In this document: in pieces, positions 37,277 through 45,318 of the stretch
How the letters are laid out: the number at the start of each line of letters is the position of its first letter
Position numbering within the stretch: position 1 is the first letter of the stretch
Assembly: GCA_963774105.1 (NCBI GenBank)
Contig: CAVZDV010000003.1
Coordinates: forward strand, 4,236 to 68,235
Origin: an uncultured Acidobacteriota bacterium
GTDB lineage: Bacteria > Acidobacteriota > Blastocatellia > Pyrinomonadales > Pyrinomonadaceae
Direction: 5' to 3'
Length of the DNA: 64,000 bases
Program-made: the position numbers and the translations under genes
The notes under the pieces: generated by a model
Told to the model about the DNA's origin: nothing
Databases searched by the model: none
What the model saw: the letters and a program-made list of their open reading frames with translations, nothing else

Positions 37277-37337
37277 AAAAAAAGACCGCGGGGGCACGAA
37301 GTCGCAGAAGGAGAGTTTGCTTCGTGCCCCCGCGGTC
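37277..37337 (-). terminator. Perfect 18-bp hairpin with T-tract on the minus strand
   Basis: GACCGCGGGGGCACGAAG (37284..37301) and the exact complement (37320..37337). An A7 run lies on the plus-strand 5' side, giving a U-tract for the minus-strand GNAT gene. Also closes the convergent plus-strand gene. Confidence 0.75.
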
Positions 37338-37359
37338 AGCTCCGCCTGCGGGAGAAGTG

Positions 37360-38271
37360 TCAGGCAGATGCTTGCTGTAAGAAGATGGTGTCGTAGTGCG
37401 CGCGCAGCTTGAAGCCGGCCTTCAGGTAAAAGTCCGACGCCGCGCGGTTCTGTTCGTTGACCAGGAGCGAGACCGTCTTCGTGCGCGCCAGGAGGGTCCG
37501 CGTCAGTTGCGAGAGGCAGCGGCGGCCCAGGCCCTGACCGCGGTCCTCTGCGGCCACGTGGATGCCTTCGAGGTAGATCACTTCGGACGTGTCCGAGACA
37601 ACGTCGGCCTTGAAGAGCAGCCGGCCGTCTTTGACCAGCACCCAGACGCGCCCCTGCTCTATGCGGCGGGCGCAGCGCAGGCGGAAGCCTCTCGCGTCTT
37701 TCTCCAAAGGATTGACGCCGCTCTCTTCGAACGCCATCTGCGCGTGGACGGGCACCACCAGGTCCAGGTCCGCGAGCGTCGCCTGGCGCAGGCCGCGCAC
37801 GGGCTCTTTGACTTCGACGGGGAATTTCTGCTCGAAGAGCAGCTCGCGGCAGACGAGGCGCGCAGCCTGCCCGCTGCCCGCGTAGTGGCTCCAGAAGTTC
37901 TCAACCTTCTCCATCTCACCGAGCAGCATGTGCGTGCGCGAGCATTTCTGTGCCAGTTCCGCGAAGGCCGCCAGAGCCGCGTCCGAGCGCGCCTCGAAGA
38001 GCGTGGCGTGGCCGATGAGCGCGACGCCTTCGAGCCGGCCGTCGAGCCCTCTGTAGCCGTAGAAAGAGCCGCGGTTGAGCGGGCTGACGACGCCGTTGTC
38101 CATGACGTAGCCGGCCAGGTAGACGGTGTGGAGCGGGCGCTCTCTGAGGAACGCCAGGATTTCTGCTTTGTGGCGCTCGGCGAGCGGCTCGGCAGTCCGC
38201 GCGGCGGGAGCGGCCCAGGGCGCGGGGGGCGCGCTCGTCGGCTGGGTTGTGCGGGCAGTTTGCGTGTGCAT
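37360..38271 (-). CDS. GNAT-family acetyltransferase (two-domain, DUF4081-like N-terminus)
   Basis: C-terminal GNAT core YLEGIHVAAEDRGQGLGRRCLSQLTRTLL ... NRAASDFYLKAGF. Confidence 0.75.
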   Translation of the reverse strand: MHTQTARTTQPTSAPPAPWAAPAARTAEPLAERHKAEILAFLRERPLHTVYLAGYVMDNGVVSPLNRGSFYGYRGLDGRLEGVALIGHATLFEARSDAALAAFAELAQKCSRTHMLLGEMEKVENFWSHYAGSGQAARLVCRELLFEQKFPVEVKEPVRGLRQATLADLDLVVPVHAQMAFEESGVNPLEKDARGFRLRCARRIEQGRVWVLVKDGRLLFKADVVSDTSEVIYLEGIHVAAEDRGQGLGRRCLSQLTRTLLARTKTVSLLVNEQNRAASDFYLKAGFKLRAHYDTIFLQQASA

Positions 38272-38390
38272 GATGCCAGTCCTTCGGTAGTTGATGAAGC
38301 CTTGAAACTCAGTATCGGGTCGTTAGGGTGTGAGTGTCATTGCCGGCGCGCGTGGCTAAAGGCTGTTGCCCGCGCGCCGGCTTTCATCAG

Positions 38391-40670
38391 CTACTTCTTC
38401 CCGCCGCCGCCGGAGGTGCCGCCGGTCGTTGAAGAGCTCGTGGTCGCGTAGGGGACGTTGCTGTAAGCGGAGTCGCCGCCCGAGTGGTAAGCGCGAACGC
38501 GGTAGTAATACTTCTTGGCCGCGGTCAGGCCCGTGCTGGAATAGCTCTTGACGTTCCTGGTCACGGTCGCAATCTGCGTGTAGGTCCTGTTGTCGAGCGA
38601 GCGCTCGATCTTGAAGCCGTCTTCGTTCGTGGAGGTGTCGGTCCAGGTCAGGTTAATCTGCGTGGACGAGGCGACGGCCAGCAGCAAGCCGGTCGGCGCT
38701 TTGGGCGCGGTGTCTTTGACGATTGACATCGTGGAGCCGCTCGTGTCGCCGTAAATCAGCGCCTGGTTGGCCTGGACGTAAACGTCGCCGAGGAGCACGC
38801 CGTCGCTGAGGAGAACCCCGTCGCCGTACAGCACGCCGTCGCCGAGCAGCACGCCCTCGCGGATGCGGTCGCCCAGGAGGACGCCGTAAGGCTGGAACGC
38901 GGTCCCTTCGCCGAGCTTGATGCCGAGCGTCGAAGAGTTCGTGTCGCCCGCGGTCATGATGTTGTCGCCCAGGAGGACGCCGCCGGACATTTTCGCGGCG
39001 TCGCCCAGGAGGACGCCGTTGCTCTCAAGCGTCCCGTCGCCGAGCAGCACGCCGAGGCCGTAGATTTTCTGGTACTGCGTAATCAGCTGCGTGCCCGTGG
39101 CGTAGGTCTGGTCGAGGATGACGCCCTGCGCCCAGCCGAACGTGTGGCCGCCGATGGTCGTCTGCGGCGTCGGGGCCGAGCAGGTCGAGCAGAGCAGCGG
39201 AGCGCCGAGGGCGGTCGTCGAAGTCAGGTCGGTGCGGATCAGTTTGGCAAGTCGCACCGCGCCTTCGAGGTTGATCTGGCCCGCGCCCTGCTCCAGCATA
39301 TTGTAGCCGGGGAGCGGCTGCGCCGTGTACATCAGGACCATCTTGACCATGTTCGGCGTCAGGGACGGGTTGGCTTGAATCACCATCGCGGCCGCGCCCG
39401 AGACGACGGGCGTGGACATCGAAGTGCCGCTCAGGAACATCTGCTCCCTGCTGGTCGAGCCGCTGACGTTGGCGTCGAGAGAGGGGTTGTTAGTGACGAG
39501 GTAATTGGACGCCGCCTGCACGCTGACGAGGCGGTTGCCGGGCGCGACCACGTCGGGCTTAATCAAGTTGTCGTAGTGCTTGACGCCGTAGGAGTCTGTC
39601 GAGTAGCTGCGCGTCGGCCCGCGCGAGCTGTAGGTGGTGACGGTGTCGTCGCCGCGGGAGTCAGTCCCGTAGCTGTTCGAAGCGCCGACGGTGATGACGG
39701 AAGGCTCGTTGCCGGGCGAGTGAATCTGGCCGTAGATTTTCTGGCCGTTGCTGTCTTTGCCCTCGTTGCCGGCGGCCGCGACGACGACGACGCCCGCGTC
39801 CACCAGCCGCCGCACGGCCTTGCACAGCGGGTCGTTCTTGTAAGAGTCAACGGCCGCCGTGCCGAGGCTCATGTTGAGCACGCGGATGTTGTAGGCGGCG
39901 CGGTTGGTCAGCACCCAGTCGAGCGCGCTCAGGAGGGACGAGACCGTGCCCTTGCCCTCCGAGTTGAGCACGCGCAGGTTGACGAGGTTGGCGTTGGGGA
40001 CCATGCCCGTGTAAGCGCCCGAGGAGACGTTGTCGTTGCCCGCGAGCAGGCCAGCGACGTGGCTGCCGTGCCCGTAGGGGTCGTCGGTGCGGTTCTCGCC
40101 CGTGAAGTCAACGCTGACGCTGACGCGTGACACCTTGGCTGCGTTATCGAAGGAGACGTGCGCGGAGTGTACGCCGGAGTCCATGACGGCGATGCCGATG
40201 CCCGTGCCGTCGTAGGGCGTCGAGCCGCCGACGCTGCGCCCAGCGTCCGCGCCCGTGGTGAGCGAGATGTGGCCGAGCAATTTCACATCGCGGTCGAGCG
40301 CGACGTAGGCCACTTCGGGGTTGTTCGCCAGGGCCTCGACCGCTGCGGGCGGCAGGCTGATCGAGCGCGACTTGAAGTTCTTGAACGTCTTGGAGACTTT
40401 GCCGCCGTTGCCGGTGACAGTGTAGTTGAGCGAATTGCTCCACGAGGCGGCCGGCTCGATGATAACATTGATGCGCTCGTCGCCTTTCGCGCCATTGACC
40501 TTCTCGCGCAGGTCCGCAGAGACTTTGTCGCGTCCCGCGCCGCTGCCGGCCGACTGCGCCTGGGCGTGGTCGCCGACCAAGATGCCGCCCGTCATCGTGA
40601 CGAGCAGGGAGAAGATCGTGAGCCAGGTGGCGATGGGGGAGTGTGGAGCCTTTTTCATCGAATGAGTCAT
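38391..40670 (-). CDS. S8 subtilisin-family peptidase with GVLLGD-repeat region and C-terminal fibronectin type III domain
   Basis: Asp (VMDSGV), His (HGSHVAGL) and Ser (SGTSMSTPVVSGAAA) contexts. About 9 copies of G-V-L-L-G-D. Fn3 (INLTWTDTSTNEDGFKIERS...YYYRVRAY). Signal peptide present. Confidence 0.9.
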   Translation of the reverse strand: MTHSMKKAPHSPIATWLTIFSLLVTMTGGILVGDHAQAQSAGSGAGRDKVSADLREKVNGAKGDERINVIIEPAASWSNSLNYTVTGNGGKVSKTFKNFKSRSISLPPAAVEALANNPEVAYVALDRDVKLLGHISLTTGADAGRSVGGSTPYDGTGIGIAVMDSGVHSAHVSFDNAAKVSRVSVSVDFTGENRTDDPYGHGSHVAGLLAGNDNVSSGAYTGMVPNANLVNLRVLNSEGKGTVSSLLSALDWVLTNRAAYNIRVLNMSLGTAAVDSYKNDPLCKAVRRLVDAGVVVVAAAGNEGKDSNGQKIYGQIHSPGNEPSVITVGASNSYGTDSRGDDTVTTYSSRGPTRSYSTDSYGVKHYDNLIKPDVVAPGNRLVSVQAASNYLVTNNPSLDANVSGSTSREQMFLSGTSMSTPVVSGAAAMVIQANPSLTPNMVKMVLMYTAQPLPGYNMLEQGAGQINLEGAVRLAKLIRTDLTSTTALGAPLLCSTCSAPTPQTTIGGHTFGWAQGVILDQTYATGTQLITQYQKIYGLGVLLGDGTLESNGVLLGDAAKMSGGVLLGDNIMTAGDTNSSTLGIKLGEGTAFQPYGVLLGDRIREGVLLGDGVLYGDGVLLSDGVLLGDVYVQANQALIYGDTSGSTMSIVKDTAPKAPTGLLLAVASSTQINLTWTDTSTNEDGFKIERSLDNRTYTQIATVTRNVKSYSSTGLTAAKKYYYRVRAYHSGGDSAYSNVPYATTSSSTTGGTSGGGGKK

Positions 40671-40902
40671 CCTCGAAAGATTCTGACCTGTCTGGGGCCG
40701 GCTTGCGTTGAAAGTGCGGTCGCAGCCGGTGACCCTTAGTGCAGGGCGCGTGCCACGGGCCGCTTTTCGTTGAAATCTGCGAAAATGCTCAGGTTTTCGC
40801 CGGTTTTTGAGGTTTAAGGTCGGCGGCCGGGAGAGGCGGCTCGGTCAGTTTGAAAGTCCGTTCGTTCAGCCTGAGAGACATCGGTCAGAGGAAGGGGGAA
40901 GG

Positions 40903-41721
40903 TTGGCGACTGTCAATTACCTGACGGAAGAGGTCGAAACCCACCGCGACCGCGCGTGGCGGCGCGAGGAGCAGTTGCGCGTGGAGGACGCAGCCGGGGC
41001 CGAAAAATTGGTCGAGGCGGTAGGCTTCTGCGCGGCGATGACGGACGCGCGGCGGCCGGGGGCCTCGCTCTACGTGGCCGTCTGCGGCCGGCGTGACGCG
41101 CACATGCCGCGCAACGTGCAGAAAGACCCGGAGGCCAGCCTGACCTGGACGATCAAGGACGAGGTGATGCGGCGCGGGCGCGTCTACTACGCGAAGCTCA
41201 GTAAGGGGCGCGCGACCTTCATCGCGCCGCGGCTCGTCCGCCACTTCAACGCCCTGTGGGGCGTCCCGCGCCGCAAAGAGAATGAAATGCTCTCGGCCGA
41301 CGCGCGCGCCGTCTTAAAAATTCTCAGGCGCGAGTGGGAGATGGCGACGTGTGACCTGCGCGAGGCTTCGGGGGTGAAGGAGCGCAGCCGCTTCACGCGC
41401 GCGCTGGACGAGTTGCAGCGGACTTTGAAGGTCATCCCGGGCGAGGTGGTCTACGAGCCCTGGTTCACTTACATCTGGACGCTCGCCGAGGGGCGCTTCG
41501 CGGAGGAGCTGTCCGCGAAGGTCAAACGCGAGGACGCTCTGCGCGAAGTGGCGCGCGCCTTCCTCGACGGCGCGGGGCTCACCGTGCGCGGCGAGCTGGC
41601 GAAAGTCACCGGCCTCTCGCGCACGGACGCGGGCCTCGGCAACCGCGCGCTCGTCAAAGAGGGATATGCGGAACGTCTCGCGGAGGGCGTTTATCGTCTG
41701 ACAGCGATGGGAGTCGAATGA
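40903..41721 (+). CDS. Hypothetical protein (possible winged-helix)
   Basis: No early ATG. TTG 40903 follows GGGGGAAGG. The track start is 40807. No confident family assignment. Confidence 0.5.
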   Translation: MATVNYLTEEVETHRDRAWRREEQLRVEDAAGAEKLVEAVGFCAAMTDARRPGASLYVAVCGRRDAHMPRNVQKDPEASLTWTIKDEVMRRGRVYYAKLSKGRATFIAPRLVRHFNALWGVPRRKENEMLSADARAVLKILRREWEMATCDLREASGVKERSRFTRALDELQRTLKVIPGEVVYEPWFTYIWTLAEGRFAEELSAKVKREDALREVARAFLDGAGLTVRGELAKVTGLSRTDAGLGNRALVKEGYAERLAEGVYRLTAMGVE

Positions 41722-41739
41722 AAGTAATGGACATGGCCG

Positions 41740-41835
41740 GCGGGGGTAAACCACCCTTCCTGACCTGTGAGGTAGGTTGGGGTGAATGATTCAAGATGAA
41801 GTAATTGGCAGGTCAGGAAGAGGGCTTGCCCCCGC
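41740..41835. repeat. Palindromic element, family C copy 2
   Basis: GCGGGGGTAAACCACCCTTCCTGACCTG ... CAGGTCAGGAAGAGGGCTTGCCCCCGC. Again lies between convergent gene ends. Confidence 0.8.
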
Positions 41836-41847
41836 CGCGTTGTCGCT

Positions 41848-42684
41848 CTAACTCTCGCCCTTTGCCTTTAAAGTCCCGCTTTGCGTCTCGCGGAGTTGCC
41901 GGTCGGTCTCTTCACGGACTTGATGTTCGAGGCGGGCGGATTCGAGCGCCAGCGGGATATTTTCGCGCGTGGTGTTGAGGCGGTGGAGGGCTATGTTGGT
42001 CTCGTCCCAGGTCGCGCCGCGGCTGGCGGCCGCCTCGATCATTTGCAGGCGCGTCTCGGCCTCTGCGCGGCGCTCGGAGCCTTCGAGCCTGATCTGCTCA
42101 AGCCGCTCGCGGTCGCCGCGCAATTCCTCGCGCAGCGTCGTCGTGTCCGCGCCCTGTATGTAGTCGGTGCGGTTCATGCGGCGCTCGACCAGGAGCAGCT
42201 CGCGCTTGACGTTGGCGACGACGCGCGAGGCCGTGATGCGCGAGGCCAGCGTCTCGCGGTAGGCGTCGGCGAGCAGGGGATTCTTCGTCTCTATCTCCTT
42301 GAGCGTCTGGCGCTCCTGCGGCGTCAGCTCCGACGTGAACCAGGGCAGCTCCTCCGCGGTCACGCCGTCGGCCGCCACGCGGTCGCGCACCTTCTGCGCC
42401 CACTGGCGGCGGTAGTAGAGCAGGAAGAGCGTCACGGCGAAGCCCACGACCGAGCTGACGGCGAGCGAGGTCAGGGTCAGCAGGAAGTTGAGCGCGGCGT
42501 CCTGCGACGACGAGAAGTATTTCATCAGGAAGTAGAGCGGGACCGGCAGCGCGACCACGAAGAAGGCCAGCCACGGTGCCCACTCGAAGACGCGCGCCAG
42601 GAGCTTCTCCCGCGCCGTGACCCTGCCGCCCGTTTCCCTCTCATTCGTGCTCAAGGCTTGCAACTCCCGACCGCGCGCGGGCAA
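41848..42684 (-). CDS. Hypothetical membrane protein with cytoplasmic coiled coil
   Basis: Two TM helices (WAPWLAFFVVALPVPLYFLM, LTSLAVSSVVGFAVTLFLLYY), then a Glu/Arg-rich helical region. Confidence 0.6.
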   Translation of the reverse strand: MPARGRELQALSTNERETGGRVTAREKLLARVFEWAPWLAFFVVALPVPLYFLMKYFSSSQDAALNFLLTLTSLAVSSVVGFAVTLFLLYYRRQWAQKVRDRVAADGVTAEELPWFTSELTPQERQTLKEIETKNPLLADAYRETLASRITASRVVANVKRELLLVERRMNRTDYIQGADTTTLREELRGDRERLEQIRLEGSERRAEAETRLQMIEAAASRGATWDETNIALHRLNTTRENIPLALESARLEHQVREETDRQLRETQSGTLKAKGES

Positions 42685-42861
42685 ACGCCGCCCGCCGCAG
42701 GCTCATCTATGAACTACGAGGACTTGCCCGAATCATAGCAAGAGCGCGTGCGTGTTAGCCAGCCCCCGGATGAGCCCCGCGATGTAGCAGCTTGGAGCAT
42801 TCTGTGCCGTGTAATATCATGGCGACTCAGGAGGCGTTCAGCCGACGCCGGAGGAGGAGCG

Positions 42862-43818
42862 ATGCCCAGCCCGAACAGAAGATTGAGTCTCTTTGTCCTA
42901 CTCGCCGTGCTCGGGTGCGCGGTCGCCTGGACTGTGCCCGCGGCCGCGCAGCCGCAGCGCGGCGGAGTCCGTTCCGTCACGATCCCGATAACGGTGCGCC
43001 AGCGGGGCGGCGACGCGGCCATGCGCGAGTTGCAGGGCGTGGGCGATTTGACCGTGAGCGAGGACGGCGACGAGCAGCGGATTCTCTCCATCCGCGCCTA
43101 CGGCACGGAGACGCCCATCTCCGTCGGCATCCTGATTCAGGACGACGTGGTCACGTCAGTCTCGAACGAGATCAGGGCGCTGCGCGAGTTCATCAACCGT
43201 CTGCCGCGCGGCTCGCGCGTCATGGTGGGTTACATCAAGGCCGGCTCGCTCGACGTGCGCCAGAGGTTCACGGCCGACCTGGACCGCGCCGCGCAGTCGC
43301 TGCGCGTCCCCATCGGCTCGGCCACGGCCGCGCCCTACAATCCATACGTGGAGATCGTGGAGGGCTTGCGCCGCTTCGAAGCCATGCCGAAGGGCAGGCG
43401 CGCGCTGCTGGTCGTCACGGACGGGCTGGACATCTCAAGGGGCGTGGACAGCTCGCTGCCCTCGCAGAGCATTGACTTGCAGCGCGCCATCCGCGAAGCC
43501 CAGCGGCAGGGCGTCGCCGTCTACTCCTTTTACGCGCCGAGCGTGACGGCCTCGACGCTCGGCAACTTCCGCCTCATCTCCAACGGTCAGAGCTCGCTCG
43601 AACGGCTCGCGGACGAGACTGGCGGCCGCGCCTTCTTCCAGGGCACGGGCGCGCCCGTCAGCTTCGATCCCTTCTTGAGAGAGCTGGCCGGGACCTTCAC
43701 GCGCCAGCTCGCGCTTACATACCTCTCCACACACCCCAAGAAAGGGTTCCACCGCGTCAAAGTCACCACCAACCGCGACGACGTAGAGATAGAGCACCCG
43801 GCCGGCTACACGAGATAA
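42862..43818 (+). CDS. VWA-domain protein (acidobacterial VWFA-related type)
   Basis: Signal peptide MPSPNRRLSLFVLLAVLGCAVAWTVPAAAQ. ISVGILIQDD ... RALLVVTDGLD ... GVAVYSFYAP pattern of a VWA fold. Confidence 0.7.
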   Translation: MPSPNRRLSLFVLLAVLGCAVAWTVPAAAQPQRGGVRSVTIPITVRQRGGDAAMRELQGVGDLTVSEDGDEQRILSIRAYGTETPISVGILIQDDVVTSVSNEIRALREFINRLPRGSRVMVGYIKAGSLDVRQRFTADLDRAAQSLRVPIGSATAAPYNPYVEIVEGLRRFEAMPKGRRALLVVTDGLDISRGVDSSLPSQSIDLQRAIREAQRQGVAVYSFYAPSVTASTLGNFRLISNGQSSLERLADETGGRAFFQGTGAPVSFDPFLRELAGTFTRQLALTYLSTHPKKGFHRVKVTTNRDDVEIEHPAGYTR

Positions 43819-43856
43819 AACAAGTGATGAGTGATAAGTAAAAGGCGGGCATTCAT

Positions 43857-44043
43857 CGTCCCGCCAGGGACGAAGTGAAAATAGCCCAGCACTTCAGTGC
43901 TGGGTAAGTGTGCCAAAAATAGTTGAGTCCCGTAGGGACGACTGAACAGACGCGTCAGCCGTCCCTACGGGACTCAATCGTCTTTACCGCCCTGTTCCCA
44001 GCACTGAAGTGCTGGGCTATTGCCAGTCGTCCCCTGCGGGGAC
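43857..44043. repeat. Nested palindromic element, family A copy 2
   Basis: Same modules as 20145..20324: AAAATAGCCCAGCACTTCAGTGCTGGGT (43878..43905), TTGAGTCCCGTAGGGACGAC (43923..43942), GTCCCTACGGGACTCAA (43961..43977), CCCAGCACTGAAGTGCTGGGCTATT (43997..44021). Confidence 0.9.
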
Positions 44044-44096
44044 TTCTCGCGCGGCCTTCGGGCGGCTGCTGCTTAACTCACCACTCATCGCTGCTT

Positions 44097-44810
44097 TTAG
44101 GCGACCCGCTGTTGGTCGGCGGCGCGGCGGCGTTTGTGTTCCTTGATTTGGGTTTCGAGGATTTTGAGGTGGAGTTCGAGGAAGATGCGGCCCTCGCTGT
44201 TGAGCTGGATGCTCTTGTCGAAGTCCTTGCGCGCGTCGTCCTCGCTGCCGCGGAGCAGGTGCGCGAAGCCGCGGCCGGCGTGGGCGAGCGAGGCGGAGTT
44301 GCCGCGCGGGTTGAGCGCGATGCCGCGGTCGAAGTCCGCGATTGAGCCCTGTAGGTCGCCCTTAACTAAAAGCGCCTCCGCCCGCTTGACGTAAGACTCC
44401 GCATCGCTCGGCGAGACCTGTATGGCCTTGTCGAAGTCCGAGATGGCCCCCTCGAAGTCGAACTGGTTAGCGCGGATGAAGCCGCGGTTGGTGAACGCCT
44501 GCGTGATGTCGCGGTTGTTGAAGGTCAGGCGCGCGTCCAGCTCTATCGCCCGCTCGTAGTCTTCGATGGCCCCGTCTAGGTTGCCCTTGGCGCGGCGCGC
44601 TTTGCCGCGGTTGAGGTGCGCCTCGGCCAGGCCCGGGTTCAGCTCGATGGCGTGGTCGAAGTCCGAGAGCGCGGCGTCCGTGTCCCCCTTGCCGAAGCGC
44701 GAGATGCCGCGCTTGATGTAGTCCTTGGCCGAGGCCAGTTCCTGTGCCAGAAGCGGCGCGCAGGCCAGGAGCATGAGCAGGGAAAGCAGGGGCAAGGAAA
44801 CACGTCTCAT
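44097..44810 (-). CDS. Secreted TPR-repeat protein
   Basis: Signal peptide plus about 5 TPR units (DFDHAIELNPGLAEAHLNRGKA..., DYERAIELDAR..., DFDKAIQVSPSDAESYVKRA..., DFDRGIALNPR...). Confidence 0.85.
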   Translation of the reverse strand: MRRVSLPLLSLLMLLACAPLLAQELASAKDYIKRGISRFGKGDTDAALSDFDHAIELNPGLAEAHLNRGKARRAKGNLDGAIEDYERAIELDARLTFNNRDITQAFTNRGFIRANQFDFEGAISDFDKAIQVSPSDAESYVKRAEALLVKGDLQGSIADFDRGIALNPRGNSASLAHAGRGFAHLLRGSEDDARKDFDKSIQLNSEGRIFLELHLKILETQIKEHKRRRAADQQRVA

Positions 44811-44942
44811 AAAGCCTCCCGGGAATTGAAGGAGCCGCCGAGGTGAACTCGCAAGCGAGGGGCTAAAAATAAGCCGCCGCGTAAGCTGGCGTCAAGGGTG
44901 AAAATGATGAATCGCCGCCGCCTTCCAATCGCGGTCCAATTG

Positions 44943-45233
44943 TCACTGGACGGTGGCCGGCAGGAGTGAGCCCCTGTGGTCGGAGGCGATGGCGTAGCCG
45001 TCCGCGATCTGGCCGATCATGCCGTGGAAATGTATCTCGGAGCCGGAGAGGACGAGCAGCACGTCGCCGGCGTGGTAGCGCGGGTCTTCCAGGTGGAAGC
45101 GGACGACGGTGGCCTGCCCGTTCTCCTGCTCAAGAGTCTCGAACTCGAAGTCTTCGGCCCCGACCACGTAGGTCTGCGAGTTGTTGGCGGTCCTTTGCTC
45201 TTCGGGCATACCTTGCGCTCCCCTCACCGGCAA
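44943..45233 (-). CDS. Hypothetical protein (96 aa)
   Basis: Clean ORF upstream of the TPR gene. No motif recognised. The start could be the Met at 45209. Confidence 0.45.
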   Translation of the reverse strand: MPVRGAQGMPEEQRTANNSQTYVVGAEDFEFETLEQENGQATVVRFHLEDPRYHAGDVLLVLSGSEIHFHGMIGQIADGYAIASDHRGSLLPATVQ

Positions 45234-45318
45234 TGAATATCAGCGCGCACAGTTTAACAGCATCCGGCGCAATTGCGGAATGAAACACTCAACCCTTTGC
45301 GCCTTTAGTTTTTCTGCT

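Noticed and set aside
37396-38451. 351-aa plus-strand ORF. The same applies to 39144..40130, 16523..17287, 14777..15625, 21040..21867, 47607..48791, 53573..54661 and similar.
   Set aside because: All are antisense or out-of-frame to genes with clear catalytic motifs. They are high-GC shadow ORFs.
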